A DNA stretch of 64,000 bases from Candidatus Sysuiplasma jiujiangense. Lineage in GTDB: Archaea; Thermoplasmatota; Thermoplasmata; Sysuiplasmatales; Sysuiplasmataceae. Under the pieces are notes generated by a model. It had not been told where the DNA came from. It worked only from the letters and a program-made list of their open reading frames with translations, and made no database searches. Each line of letters opens with the position of its first letter. Position 1 is the stretch's first letter. Of this stretch, positions 1 to 10,287 are shown piece by piece. Both the position numbers and the translations under genes were made by a program. The stretch is from positions 1-64,000 of the forward strand of contig JAHEAD010000012.1 of the NCBI GenBank assembly GCA_019721075.1. Reading direction: 5' to 3'.

Positions 1-119
1 GTTGTTTGAAATGCGAAGCGGATGGCGTTTACTTCGTATCCTGCAAAAGTATCCAGTCAGACATGCCTATCGGCAACATAAAAAGGATCGGAGATACTGG
101 GCATCCAAATAACGTTTAA

Positions 120-1724
120 ATGCCAGTAATTAATGACGGACGGGAACTTTGTACGGAGTTGAGAGGTGATTTTTCGCTTAAGATTAAGAACGCGATAATC
201 AGCGTTCATGATAAACAAGGTTTAAAGGAGTTTTCAGCTCTATTGAATAAATTTGGCGCCCGGCTGTTTGCTACCGACGGGACTGCTGACTTCCTGGAAA
301 AAGCCGGCATAACTGTAAAGAGGGTTTCATCAATAACGGGGTTTACCTCTCTTCTTGAAGGACGGGTAAAGACACTTCATCCCGCCATATTTGCAGCCAT
401 ACTTTCCAGACCTGAAAGGAGGGAGGATGAAGAGCAGCTTGACAGTCTGGGTGTCCCTCATTTCGACATGGTGGTATCCAATCTCTATCCCTTTGAGGAT
501 CTTATAGCATCTGGAGAAAAAGGTCTGGATAAACTGCTGGAGAACATAGATATTGGCGGCATTTCTCTGACAAGGGCAGCAGCAAAGAATTATTCTCACG
601 TGGCAGTGGTTTCGGACATAAAACAGTATAAGGCAGTGGCGGAGGAAATGGAAAAATTCGGTGGTGCTGTTTCCGAAACAATGCTCGAAAAACTCTGCGT
701 GCAGGCGTTTCAGAGTGTTTCATTCTATGACGGTTTGATTTCCACCGTACTGGGGGATCGCTTTAAATCCAGTCCTTTTCCTGATCGCCTGATAATGATA
801 GGAAGGAAGAAATCAGACCTCAAATACGGCGAGAATCCGTACCAGAGGGCAGCGTCGTATTTTGTTCCGTTTATCGGGAGTTCCGTTCTCAACGCTGCTG
901 TAGACTCAGGCAAAAGTCTCTCTTACAACAACCTTCTGGACATCAGTAATGCCGTTGACTTGTTACGCGACTTCACCGAACCGAGCTGTGTAGTCGTAAA
1001 ACATGCAAATCCGTGCGGTGTTGCAACGGCCGGCAGTGCCGAGCATGCACTCAGGGCCGCGTATGACGCTGACTCCCTGTCTGCATATGGCTCTGTGATT
1101 GGTCTGAACAAACCGATCGGCAGAGAGTCCGCGGAATATCTGTCAAACAAATTTGTTGAAGTCATTCTGGCTCCTGACTATGATGAAGATGCACTGGCAG
1201 TGCTCCGCCGTAAGAAGAGACTCAGGATCCTTACATTTCCGGGTATAGGCGGATATACAGATAAACCAGAAAAGGATGTGCGAAGGATCTCCGGGGGCTT
1301 CCTCGTCCAGGAAGTCGCTGCTCCCGACATCAGGCTGGAAAATTTAAAAGTGGTTACGGAAACGAAACCAACTCCCCAAGACATAGATTCGATGATTTTC
1401 GCTAACAGGGTTGTAAGGCACCTCTGGTCAAATGCAATAGTCCTTGCGGACGGAACGGTAACCGTTGGAATGGGAACCGGCCAGAGCAGCAGGGTCGATG
1501 CCGTAAAACTTGCAATAATGAAGAGCAGGGGAAAGGCCAGAGGCAGTGTCCTCGCATCGGACGCATTTTTCCCGTTCAGGGACGGTATAGACGAAGCTGC
1601 AAACGGAGGAATACGGGCGATTATCCAGCCCGGTGGTTCCATACGTGATGATGAGGTCATTTCTGCCGCAGACGAACATCACATAGCCATGGTTTTTACC
1701 GGAATAAGGCTCTTCAGACATTGA
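120..1724 (+). CDS. purH: Bifunctional AICAR transformylase/IMP cyclohydrolase
   Basis: Motifs GRVKTLHP, ENIDIGG, RAAAKN, YGENP, KHANPCG, ASDAFFPF, IQPGGS, RLFRH. The true start is probably later (TTG 159, or near 177 after GAGGTGA). Confidence 0.97.
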   Translation: MPVINDGRELCTELRGDFSLKIKNAIISVHDKQGLKEFSALLNKFGARLFATDGTADFLEKAGITVKRVSSITGFTSLLEGRVKTLHPAIFAAILSRPERREDEEQLDSLGVPHFDMVVSNLYPFEDLIASGEKGLDKLLENIDIGGISLTRAAAKNYSHVAVVSDIKQYKAVAEEMEKFGGAVSETMLEKLCVQAFQSVSFYDGLISTVLGDRFKSSPFPDRLIMIGRKKSDLKYGENPYQRAASYFVPFIGSSVLNAAVDSGKSLSYNNLLDISNAVDLLRDFTEPSCVVVKHANPCGVATAGSAEHALRAAYDADSLSAYGSVIGLNKPIGRESAEYLSNKFVEVILAPDYDEDALAVLRRKKRLRILTFPGIGGYTDKPEKDVRRISGGFLVQEVAAPDIRLENLKVVTETKPTPQDIDSMIFANRVVRHLWSNAIVLADGTVTVGMGTGQSSRVDAVKLAIMKSRGKARGSVLASDAFFPFRDGIDEAANGGIRAIIQPGGSIRDDEVISAADEHHIAMVFTGIRLFRH

Positions 1725-1727
1725 GTT

Positions 1728-2636
1728 GTGAAAATGAGTCCACCCAGAATAATTGACGGAAGAAGAATTGCGGCATCAATCAATTCTGAAACGCGGGAAA
1801 AACTGAAAAACGCCAGGTCTGAAAGAAGACCTGCCATTCTTTCAATCACCATAGGTTCGGATCCGTCATCTGAAAGTTACCTGAGACAGAAGCAAAGGGC
1901 AGCAAACTCACTTGGCATAGAGCTGAAACTGAAACAGTTTTCCAGGAGTGCGTCCGAGGATGAAATTATTGAGTTCGCGGACATGGCATCAGAAGATGGC
2001 GCGATAGATGCCATAATGCTTCATTCACCGGTCCCCCCAGGGTTTGATGCCGACAGAATAGCAGCTCATATTTCACCGTCAAAAGATGTGGACTGCATGT
2101 CTATGCACAGCCGTGGCCTGCTGTATTCAGGAAAACCTCTATATTCGCCTGCCACGGCGGAGGCAGTGGTCGAGACACTGCGCAGAGAAAATGTGCAGAT
2201 TTCCGGCAAACATGTAGTCATCATAGGAAGGAGCCTGGTTGTGGGAAAACCACTTGCATCTCTCCTCCTCGTTAACGGGGAGAGGGGCGATGCAACAGTT
2301 ACCGTCTGTCATTCAAAGACAGCTGAATTGCCATCCATAACGGTAACTGCAGACATTCTGGTGGCGGCAATAGGAAAAGCCCATTTTGTAACAGGAGAAA
2401 TGGTAAGAAAAGGAACAGTGGTTATCGATGTCGGGATCAATGCTTCCAGAACAGTAAACGGACTGTTCTCCGGCGGAATCACAGGTGATGTTGATTTCGC
2501 CTCAGTCTCTCAAGTGGCGGCGGCACTGACGCCAGTACCTGGCGGAGTTGGCCCGGTTACAACAGCCATACTCATGAGAAACGTCGTAAAATCATGGACA
2601 AGACGCATAATTGCCGGAACGAACCATCCTGGTTAG
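1728..2636 (+). CDS. folD: Methylenetetrahydrofolate dehydrogenase/cyclohydrolase
   Basis: Motifs KDVD, GRSLVVGKP, ATVTVCHS, DVGIN, GDVDF, PVPGGVGPVT; directly follows purH. Confidence 0.96.
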   Translation: MKMSPPRIIDGRRIAASINSETREKLKNARSERRPAILSITIGSDPSSESYLRQKQRAANSLGIELKLKQFSRSASEDEIIEFADMASEDGAIDAIMLHSPVPPGFDADRIAAHISPSKDVDCMSMHSRGLLYSGKPLYSPATAEAVVETLRRENVQISGKHVVIIGRSLVVGKPLASLLLVNGERGDATVTVCHSKTAELPSITVTADILVAAIGKAHFVTGEMVRKGTVVIDVGINASRTVNGLFSGGITGDVDFASVSQVAAALTPVPGGVGPVTTAILMRNVVKSWTRRIIAGTNHPG

Positions 2637-2741
2637 TGGATACACACCGACGGAAAATCGCGTTCACTTGCGCAACAGGGAAGCATAATTCATTCAGACA
2701 AAACAGTATTAAATAGCCACACTATAGCAACCCCGGATAAG

Positions 2742-3428
2742 ATGCTCAGAGAATGTCAGGAACACGGTTATTTCAGGGGCGAAGCGTGCCCTGTTTGCGA
2801 GGCGGAAGGCAAATTTCTTATGAGTGACAGAGAACTTGAACACATTGGCCGGAGCATGGCAGGTGTTCTGAGACACTTTCCCGAGCGCTTCAACCTCCAG
2901 ATGGACGAGCATGGCTGGGTTGATGTAAGATCATTCATTTCAGCAATGACTGAACGTCAGCCCAGGCTGCACTGGCTCCGAATGCACCATATCGTAGCAA
3001 TCATTGAGACTGACCCGAAAGGGAGATACCAGTTCAGCAACGGCAGAATGAGAGCCACATATGGCCATTCATTCGATATTGAGCTGGATCTGCCTACGGA
3101 TAACATACCGGACCGCCTCTATTACCCTGCTACGGAGGAGGAGGCGTCCATACTTGCTGAAAACGGGCTTAAGCCGGCGGACAGGCGCATGGTCCACCTT
3201 TCTAAGACATCTGCGGATGCGTTCACAGCAGGAAGAGTGAGGACGGAGAAGCCTGTAATAATCGAAATTGATGCGTCCGCGATGATAAAGGAAAACGGGG
3301 CCATTCAGAGGGCCGGCAAGACAGTCTACCTGACAAAGGAAGTGCCTCCGAAGTACCTCAGAATAATGAGCGAAGAGGAGATAATTGTGCCCGACGAAGA
3401 TACAGATAAAGAAGCGGAAACAGATTAA
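2742..3428 (+). CDS. kptA: RNA 2'-phosphotransferase (Tpt1/KptA), archaeal type with N-terminal Zn-finger
   Basis: Motifs LRH, KGRY, RATYGHS, R-x-x-VHLS; N-terminal CxxH...CPxC. Confidence 0.93.
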   Translation: MLRECQEHGYFRGEACPVCEAEGKFLMSDRELEHIGRSMAGVLRHFPERFNLQMDEHGWVDVRSFISAMTERQPRLHWLRMHHIVAIIETDPKGRYQFSNGRMRATYGHSFDIELDLPTDNIPDRLYYPATEEEASILAENGLKPADRRMVHLSKTSADAFTAGRVRTEKPVIIEIDASAMIKENGAIQRAGKTVYLTKEVPPKYLRIMSEEEIIVPDEDTDKEAETD

Positions 3429-3487
3429 CCACCGTTACTGTCAGCTTCAGGTTAAGGACAAATAAAGGATTGTGAATGGAGTAACCC

Positions 3488-4324
3488 ATGTTCATTACTG
3501 CTGACAGGCTCCTTGCAATCAACAAAGGCAGCAGAAGTCATGCGATCTCCTTTTACTGGGAAGGATTCGAGCCCCATTTTGAAGTATATTCCTGTGAAAC
3601 CGATGCACTGGGGGAGCTTGAAATGAACAGGTTTTCATTTACTGTCACTGAAGAGCAGAAATGCGTCGGAAGCTTCAGGAACGGCGCTTACAGACCGTGC
3701 CCGCTCAACAGGCATGTGGAAAACATGGATCAATGCGACTTCTGCAGCAGGACGCTCATACCCATACAGAAGTGCCTTTTCGATCCGATATGTGACGGCG
3801 AAATATGCAACTGGGATCTGTGCAAAAGAGAGCATTCCGTTTATCTGGCGTTTTACGGAGGAAAAATCAAGGTTGGAATGACAAGCACCACAAGGATCAG
3901 GGAGAGATTGATAGAGCAGGGGGCGGACGCGTACATGGTTGCCGGCAGATTCCGATCCAGGAAAGCCGCGAGAGAAATGGAAAAGAAGATAAGCCATGAC
4001 CTTGGAATTTCACAGACACACAGGTACGGCGACACACTGAATGAGCTCCAGGCTGCAATTGACTATAATGCCGTTGAGGCAGGCTACAGCAGAATAAGCG
4101 CTGAGCTCGAAGAAAGATTCAACCTGAGATGCTCCGGCCTTGAGGTACTCGACGGGTATCCTATGGCACAGCCGCTGGAGAGCGCCCCTCTTTACGTCAG
4201 CATCACAGGCTTCCATGAAGGGGAGGTAATTGGGGTGAAGGGCAGAATTGCCATTTACAGGAACGGGGGGCTGAAGGCGCTGAATCTTGCCGCGATTCCA
4301 TCGCGTTTCATAATAAGCGTGTAG
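3488..4324 (+). CDS. DUF2797-like Cys-rich protein (GIY-YIG-like KVG motif)
   Basis: Multiple Cys pairs plus HSVYLA...KVGMT...RLIEQGA pattern. Confidence 0.75.
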   Translation: MFITADRLLAINKGSRSHAISFYWEGFEPHFEVYSCETDALGELEMNRFSFTVTEEQKCVGSFRNGAYRPCPLNRHVENMDQCDFCSRTLIPIQKCLFDPICDGEICNWDLCKREHSVYLAFYGGKIKVGMTSTTRIRERLIEQGADAYMVAGRFRSRKAAREMEKKISHDLGISQTHRYGDTLNELQAAIDYNAVEAGYSRISAELEERFNLRCSGLEVLDGYPMAQPLESAPLYVSITGFHEGEVIGVKGRIAIYRNGGLKALNLAAIPSRFIISV

Positions 4325-4457
4325 AGAAGGCATAGAAAAGCAAACAGGGCATTAATTCTGATTAGAATAAAAACCACACAAGTAATGAAGATTATAATTG
4401 CCATTTGCATTGGTATTTATTTGTGTAAGGAGCTAGCGTAAAGAAGAGTGGAGATAA

Positions 4458-5438
4458 ATGAAAGGGGATTTTGTCATTTGCACAGACGACGATATCGAGG
4501 AACTTGTTTCAAGGGACGACATGATCGGAGATATCGTCGCCGAAGTGGAGGAGTTCTTCCGTGACAAGAAGAAGGGGCAGGTTGTTTCTCCTCCCCGTTT
4601 CACATGCGAGGCATCTGATGGAAAGCTTGTGGTTACTGCAGGTGCAAGCGAGCGAAAAAGACTGATTGGACTCCGCGTTTATTCGACGTTCGGCATCAAA
4701 GAAAAAGATCCGCAGGTTACTGCAGTCTACAGCATGGACGGTTCTCTAGCGGGCATCTTCATCGGTGAAACGATTGGAAGGGTAAGAACGGCAGCGATCA
4801 ACGCCGTGGCCGTAAAACACATGTCAAGGCATGATTCCAGGATCCTGGGGGTTATCGGCAGCGGGAAACAGGCGAGATCAGTTGTTCCCTATATTGCCAG
4901 GATGAGGCAGCTTGAAAAGATAATTGTGTTCAGCCTCCACCCGGAACATGCAAAAACATACATTCAGGGTATCAGGGATGAAATGAACGATCTGGGCATT
5001 GAGCTGAGCGTTGGGGAGACGGCGGAAGGGACCGTCTCACAGTCTGACATAGTGCTCACTGTGACCACATCTTCCACTCCCGTGATAAGGAACAGCTGGA
5101 TTAAACCGGGGCAGCACATTTCCTGCATGGGACGTAAATTCAGGGAATCGCATGAGATTGAGCCTGAAACTGTGCTTACGTCTGAAATAGTTGCTTCCGA
5201 TTCGGCGCAGCAGTTGAAAGACTACGGTTCACTTTTCTTCATAGATGAAAGGGGAAGGGAGAGCATTTACGACCTTTCGGATTTGGTTGACGGAGGCGGA
5301 AGGAAAGACGAGGATAGATCGCTTTTCCTTTCCGTCGGTCTCGCTGGAACAGAGGTTGCAGTTGCAGGCAGGATATTGTCGAAAATAGAGAAGGAGAAGG
5401 AAGCTGAAGGGACAAAAAATTTTTCGCATGCCAAATGA
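4458..5438 (+). CDS. Ornithine cyclodeaminase/mu-crystallin (archaeal alanine dehydrogenase-like) family protein
   Basis: RTAA motif, GSGKQA Rossmann motif, C-terminal F-x-SVGLA. Confidence 0.88.
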   Translation: MKGDFVICTDDDIEELVSRDDMIGDIVAEVEEFFRDKKKGQVVSPPRFTCEASDGKLVVTAGASERKRLIGLRVYSTFGIKEKDPQVTAVYSMDGSLAGIFIGETIGRVRTAAINAVAVKHMSRHDSRILGVIGSGKQARSVVPYIARMRQLEKIIVFSLHPEHAKTYIQGIRDEMNDLGIELSVGETAEGTVSQSDIVLTVTTSSTPVIRNSWIKPGQHISCMGRKFRESHEIEPETVLTSEIVASDSAQQLKDYGSLFFIDERGRESIYDLSDLVDGGGRKDEDRSLFLSVGLAGTEVAVAGRILSKIEKEKEAEGTKNFSHAK

Positions 5439-5453
5439 CAAGGGAGAGATAAA

Positions 5454-6413
5454 TTGGAAGACGGCGGGATAACTGGACGAAGTAGCAGGGAAGGAAGACT
5501 GCAGTCTCTTCTGAAGAATGGAAAATTTGTCATAACATGCGAACTCGGACCTCCGCAGGGGGCGTCCCCCGAACCGCTGATCAGAAAGGCGGAGGCTGTG
5601 AGGGATTATGTGGATGCTGCCAATCTTACCGACTGCACAAGCGCCATGGTGAGAATGTCGAGTCTTGCATCCTCCCTGATAGTCATGAGAGCCGGGATTG
5701 AACCGATAATGCAAATAACACTGCGGGACAGGAACAGGATCGGACTGCAGAGCGACGTGCTTGGAGCGTCTGCACTTGGGATACGCAACGTTCTCTGCCT
5801 GTACGGCGATCCGCCTTCCGCCGGAAATGAAAAAGAGGCAAAGGCAGTTTATGACATACCGACGGAAGCACTGATAGGCACGTTGAGAAAAATGAGGGAT
5901 GAATCTCTTCTTCTGGGCGGTGGAAAGCTGAATGCCCCGCCTGAGCTGTTCATCGGCGCCGCCGCATCACCATCCAGAGAGGAGAGTCATGTCAGAATCG
6001 ACAGGATAAGGAAAAAGGTGGATGCAGGCGCGCAATTTATTCAGACCCAGCCTGTGTTTGATACGGCGCTCTTCGAGGATTTCATGAGGGACATGAATTC
6101 TTGCGGGATAGCTGACAGAGTCGGGATCATCGCCGGGCTGATGCCAATCAGGTCGGTAAAAATGGCAAAGCATCTCAGGGAGCAGGTTCATGGCATCAGT
6201 GTCACTGACGAAATCGTCGAAAGGATGGAGAAATCTTCCTCTCCGGAAGAGACGGGAATCGAAATTGCAGTCGAGACAATAGAAAAGCTCAGGAAAATGC
6301 ACGGTCTGAAGGGAGTGCACATAATGACCGTCTCATGGGAACATATCATACCGGAGCTGATCGAAAGAGCCGGCCTGCCCCTGAGGAAAGAGGCTACACA
6401 GCAGGCAGATTGA
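5454..6413 (+). CDS. metF: Methylenetetrahydrofolate reductase
   Basis: Motifs ELGPP, NLTD, RDRNRIGLQS, GD-P, K-x-DAGA-x-FIQTQ, GVHIM. Confidence 0.92.
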   Translation: MEDGGITGRSSREGRLQSLLKNGKFVITCELGPPQGASPEPLIRKAEAVRDYVDAANLTDCTSAMVRMSSLASSLIVMRAGIEPIMQITLRDRNRIGLQSDVLGASALGIRNVLCLYGDPPSAGNEKEAKAVYDIPTEALIGTLRKMRDESLLLGGGKLNAPPELFIGAAASPSREESHVRIDRIRKKVDAGAQFIQTQPVFDTALFEDFMRDMNSCGIADRVGIIAGLMPIRSVKMAKHLREQVHGISVTDEIVERMEKSSSPEETGIEIAVETIEKLRKMHGLKGVHIMTVSWEHIIPELIERAGLPLRKEATQQAD

Positions 6414-6416
6414 CCT

Positions 6417-7007
6417 TCACCGGTGCCGGCCCGCCTGCCGGTCCTTCCTTCCTTTTCCTTTTGTGAGCATTTTTGAATTTGAAGGAACAAACCACACGTC
6501 CCTTACCAGGTATTCCGGTTTCTTTGCAAATTTCGCCTCGACCGGCATTCCGACGTATATTTCATCTCTCCTGCAATCCTTCAGTCTTGTCATGAAAAGG
6601 CTGTCTGCACCATCAAACTCAATCAGTGCGAGGTTGTAAGGTGTTTCCTTGAGAAATGCCTCGCTTCCGAATTCGCATGTTGTCCAGGAATGAACCCTCC
6701 CCTTTAACGGAAGGCGCTTCCAGGCAGTCGGCAAACCGCAGAACATGCAGTGGCTCCTCGGTGTTGCATATACATACTCGCACTTTGCGCATTCGGATCC
6801 GTAAAGTTTCCCCTGCGCGAGACCGAGGAAAAATTTGGAGTCGTTAGCATAGCTGTGTATATAGTTGACTGAATAAGGGAATCTGATGACCAGCTGCTCG
6901 CCGGACTTTCCCTGTCTGTAAATAGCTGCTCCATGCCTGAATACCTCTTTCATCACATCTCTGTATCTGCCGAACTTTTTCGGCTGTTTCCCGGAGCTTG
7001 CTGCCAT
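6417..7007 (-). CDS. Zn-ribbon/OB-fold (DUF35) protein, thiolase partner
   Basis: CxxC...CxxC Zn ribbon followed by GRVHSWT OB-fold; abuts the thiolase-like gene. Confidence 0.88.
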   Translation of the reverse strand: MAASSGKQPKKFGRYRDVMKEVFRHGAAIYRQGKSGEQLVIRFPYSVNYIHSYANDSKFFLGLAQGKLYGSECAKCEYVYATPRSHCMFCGLPTAWKRLPLKGRVHSWTTCEFGSEAFLKETPYNLALIEFDGADSLFMTRLKDCRRDEIYVGMPVEAKFAKKPEYLVRDVWFVPSNSKMLTKGKGRKDRQAGRHR

Positions 7008-8408
7008 CTATTTCACCGCCTCAAGTATTGAAACAGTTACAGAACTGCCTGTTCCCGCATGGGAGTGTATTGCCCCCATCTTCGGATTCTTCAGTTGCAG
7101 TCTACTGTTGCCAAAATGTTTGCCGATTGTTCCCTGCAGCTGCCATAACGCAAAGACTGCCTGCATGAGTCCGGTGGCGCCGACAGGATGACCGCATGCT
7201 ATCAGTCCGCCCGAAGGGTTGACCGGTATTCTGCCGGCTTCCGGAACAGGGAAACCATAATCCATGTCAGAAAGGAAAGGCTTTCCGCTTTCAACAAAGT
7301 CATAACCTTCGCCGTATCGGCAGAGGCCCATGTCTTCATATGTCTGTATTTCGGACGATGCATATGCATCGTGCAGTTCTATGAAGTCCAGCTGGTCCAG
7401 GGGATTGTCGATGCCTGCTGAGTTGTATGCTTCAATGGATGCCGCCCTCCCGGCACGGAAAGAATGAACACCGGGATATTGGAGCGTTTCATAGGATGAT
7501 TCACTCTCATGCTTCATAACTGGAACTTTTCCGAACGGCCTGTCCGCAAGACGCATCGTGTCAGTTCCGCATCCCACACCCTTAACCAGCACGGGATGAT
7601 CCGAAAGTCTGAATGCTTCCTGCTCATTTGCGAGAATCGCGACCGCTGCGCCATCGCTCATTGTGCATATCATTTCCCTTGTGAGGGGATATGAGATCAT
7701 CTCTGAGTTGAGAACATCCTGAACGCTGAGTTTCTTGGGATACTGTGCATAGGGATTGTGCATGGCATTCAGGTGATTTTTCACCGAAACCATCGCAAGA
7801 ATTCTGGATGCTTCCCTTATTGCCAGCTTCTGGGCTTCTTTCTCATCCCTGACATTCGCAAACCTTCCCCTGCGCATAAATTCGTAAATATGCCTGGTTA
7901 CCATCAGCGCGTAATAGCCCGAATAGAAGCCGCCTATCGGGAAGTCATAGTTTACATCAGACGCAAGCGCAATGAATTCATTGCCCTTCCAAGTCTGGAC
8001 CCTTGACATTGTTTCGAAGCCTGCTACCATGCATACATCCATTCTGCCCGATGCGACAGCCTCAAAACCTGCCTGGAAAACCTCACCGCCGGTGGCGCCG
8101 CCCCATTCGATGCGCATGCTGCCTTTTGGGTTAAGACCAAGATAATCCTGGACCATGCTTGCTGCCTTGAGCTGTCTTGCGAAGTGATCCGAAAAATAGG
8201 AAATCCTTGATCCGTCGATATCTTTCTTCTCGAGCGAGGGAATGTCGTTCATGGCGTAATCGTAAGCCACTTTGACCATGTACCTGAAATCCATCTCGGG
8301 ATGTGCCTTTGCAAACTTGGTCACACCCCCGGAGACGAGATACACCTTTCTGCTGAATTTGTAATTGTCAACACCGTTCCTGTTTTCAGCCCCGATTATC
8401 TTAATCAC
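7008..8408 (-). CDS. Thiolase-fold protein (SCP2/Ltp2-like) lacking canonical cysteines
   Basis: SDGAA, ELHDAY, VNPSGGL-x-x-x-GHPVGATG; GGATGG sits where the nucleophilic Cys is expected. Confidence 0.88.
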   Translation of the reverse strand: MIKIIGAENRNGVDNYKFSRKVYLVSGGVTKFAKAHPEMDFRYMVKVAYDYAMNDIPSLEKKDIDGSRISYFSDHFARQLKAASMVQDYLGLNPKGSMRIEWGGATGGEVFQAGFEAVASGRMDVCMVAGFETMSRVQTWKGNEFIALASDVNYDFPIGGFYSGYYALMVTRHIYEFMRRGRFANVRDEKEAQKLAIREASRILAMVSVKNHLNAMHNPYAQYPKKLSVQDVLNSEMISYPLTREMICTMSDGAAVAILANEQEAFRLSDHPVLVKGVGCGTDTMRLADRPFGKVPVMKHESESSYETLQYPGVHSFRAGRAASIEAYNSAGIDNPLDQLDFIELHDAYASSEIQTYEDMGLCRYGEGYDFVESGKPFLSDMDYGFPVPEAGRIPVNPSGGLIACGHPVGATGLMQAVFALWQLQGTIGKHFGNSRLQLKNPKMGAIHSHAGTGSSVTVSILEAVK

Positions 8409-8516
8409 CGTGGCGAAGATAACAATTTGGTTATTAAACGAATTGCATATTCTGTCCTGAACCTAGAGATTCAATGCCATGCTTCAATGAAACCGGTTTT
8501 CATTAACATGCTGCAG

Positions 8517-9665
8517 CTATTCAATATCCCTGAGCACTTCCCTCGCTATGATTATTTTTCTTATCTCTGTAGTGCCTGCACCTATTTCAAGCAGTTTGGC
8601 ATCCCTCATGAATTTTTCAACCCTGAATTCCTTCATATAACCGTATCCGCCGAGAATCTGTATGGCATCAAGGGCGCTCTTTGTGGCCGCCTCGGCGGAA
8701 TACAATATGGCAGCAGCAGCTTCCTTGTTGCTCCTGCGATCCTTCTGCAATGCGCTCAGCGATTTGTATATCAGCAGTCTGCTGGATTCGATTCCAACAT
8801 ACATTTCTGCAATTTTCTCCTGTATCATCTCGAATTCCGAAATCGGTGTCCCGAACTGTTTTCTCCGCTTTGCATATTTCGCTGCAATCTCCAGCATTTC
8901 CTCCTGTATGCCAAGAGCAATAGAGGCGAGAACTGCCCGTTCGATGCTGAGCCCCGACATTACTATGTACGAGCCCTTATTCTCCTCTCCGACCAGATGA
9001 TCCGACGGAACATGACAGTTCTCAAAGAACAGTTCGCCGGTTGGAGACCCCCTCATCCCCATTTTATCGAATTTCTTTCCTCTCTTGAATCCTTCAGTCC
9101 CGCTGTCGATTACGAAAGCACTGATACCTCTGTCTCCCGCTTCTGGAGCAGTCTTGGCATATGCAAGGCAGACATCTGCGACAGGCGCATTTGTTATAAA
9201 AGTCTTGGAACCGCTGATAACATAATTTTCACCTTTCCTCCGCGCTACCGTCTTCATTGACAGCGAGTCAGAACCAGAATCCGGTTCAGTTAGTCCGAGG
9301 CAACCTATGATTTTGCCTGTTGCGAGTTTGGGAACATATGCGTCTATCAGCTGTTTGCTCCCGTTGCGGTATAGATTATCAAGACAGAGATTCGAGTGGG
9401 CACCGACTGAAAGTGCGAAAGCAGGTGAAACCCTTGAAATTTCTTCAAGGCATATTGCCTGAGAAATATAGTCGAGACCAGAACCGTCAAATTCAGTGGG
9501 CACGGTTATACCAAGCATTCCGAGTGAACCTAGCTGCCTGAAAAGATCCTCGGGAAAGTAATCGTCAGCATCCATTCTGTCGCAGACAGGTGCAAGTTCT
9601 GCGCGGGCGAACTTCCTGACAGTCTCCCTGACCATCTCATGTTCTTCATTGAGCTGAAAATTCAT
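8517..9665 (-). CDS. Acyl-CoA dehydrogenase (isovaleryl-CoA dehydrogenase-like)
   Basis: AHSNLC, LTEPDSGSD, GSKTFITN, KMGMRGSPTGEL, RKQFG, LGGYGY, EIGAGTTEIR. Confidence 0.93.
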   Translation of the reverse strand: MNFQLNEEHEMVRETVRKFARAELAPVCDRMDADDYFPEDLFRQLGSLGMLGITVPTEFDGSGLDYISQAICLEEISRVSPAFALSVGAHSNLCLDNLYRNGSKQLIDAYVPKLATGKIIGCLGLTEPDSGSDSLSMKTVARRKGENYVISGSKTFITNAPVADVCLAYAKTAPEAGDRGISAFVIDSGTEGFKRGKKFDKMGMRGSPTGELFFENCHVPSDHLVGEENKGSYIVMSGLSIERAVLASIALGIQEEMLEIAAKYAKRRKQFGTPISEFEMIQEKIAEMYVGIESSRLLIYKSLSALQKDRRSNKEAAAAILYSAEAATKSALDAIQILGGYGYMKEFRVEKFMRDAKLLEIGAGTTEIRKIIIAREVLRDIE

Positions 9666-10287
9666 CTGTACCATCCGGTCTATGCACATCGGGATAAAAA
9701 TAGGTAAGTGAACACTCTTTTTGCGCGGAACTCCGGCATGCCTTATGCCGCCTTCCTCCTGGGCATCTCGTATGTACCTGCCTGCAAAACATTAATGATA
9801 CCTGCGGCAGCGCCGCTCCCGTGTCTCCGTTTCCTGAATTAGATGCTCTATCCGCCTGTCCCAGGGACACAATCACCTTCTGTTGCCGTCTGTAAGGCAT
9901 CCTGAAAGCATGATAGATGAATGGCTGCCGCTGAAGGTAAGTGCAACCAAACTGTCGACGGTATGGCAATTGCGCACAGTTCTTCAGTCAATGCAGAAAA
10001 TATCTTCTAATTGAACAGAAAAGAGGGCCATTTAGCTCTTGGAACGGACTTCTCATGAATGTCGCGCAATCGCAACTGCGTGCACCTGCTTTTCGACGGC
10101 ACATTTGCCTGGCGCCGACAGTGCGGTCCGGATTCCCATTTCGAATATGCGTTAACTATATTAAAACGCTTGAAGTAGCTTCACGGCGTAATGAGGCGAC
10201 AGAAAATACGCTGCCTTCAGTTTTACACCCCGGCGCTTACGGAGTGTGAGAAGCAATTGATAGAGAGATCAGTCTCCGAGGGGTGGT

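Noticed and set aside
8486..8504. AATGAAA-CCGGT-TTTCATT inverted repeat between the acyl-CoA dehydrogenase and thiolase genes
   Set aside because: Could be an operator or terminator, but it is a single short AT-rich instance with no cognate regulator nearby.
8301..9260. Long antisense or alternate-frame ORFs (e.g. 8301-9260, 17519-18292, 37618-38511, 45523-46290)
   Set aside because: These are shadows of well-supported genes, with no recognisable motifs.
9646..9969. ORF with PYRRQ occurring twice (possible precursor peptide)
   Set aside because: The DNA copies are dissimilar, no RBS or modifying enzymes are nearby, and it overlaps the acyl-CoA dehydrogenase start; probably chance.
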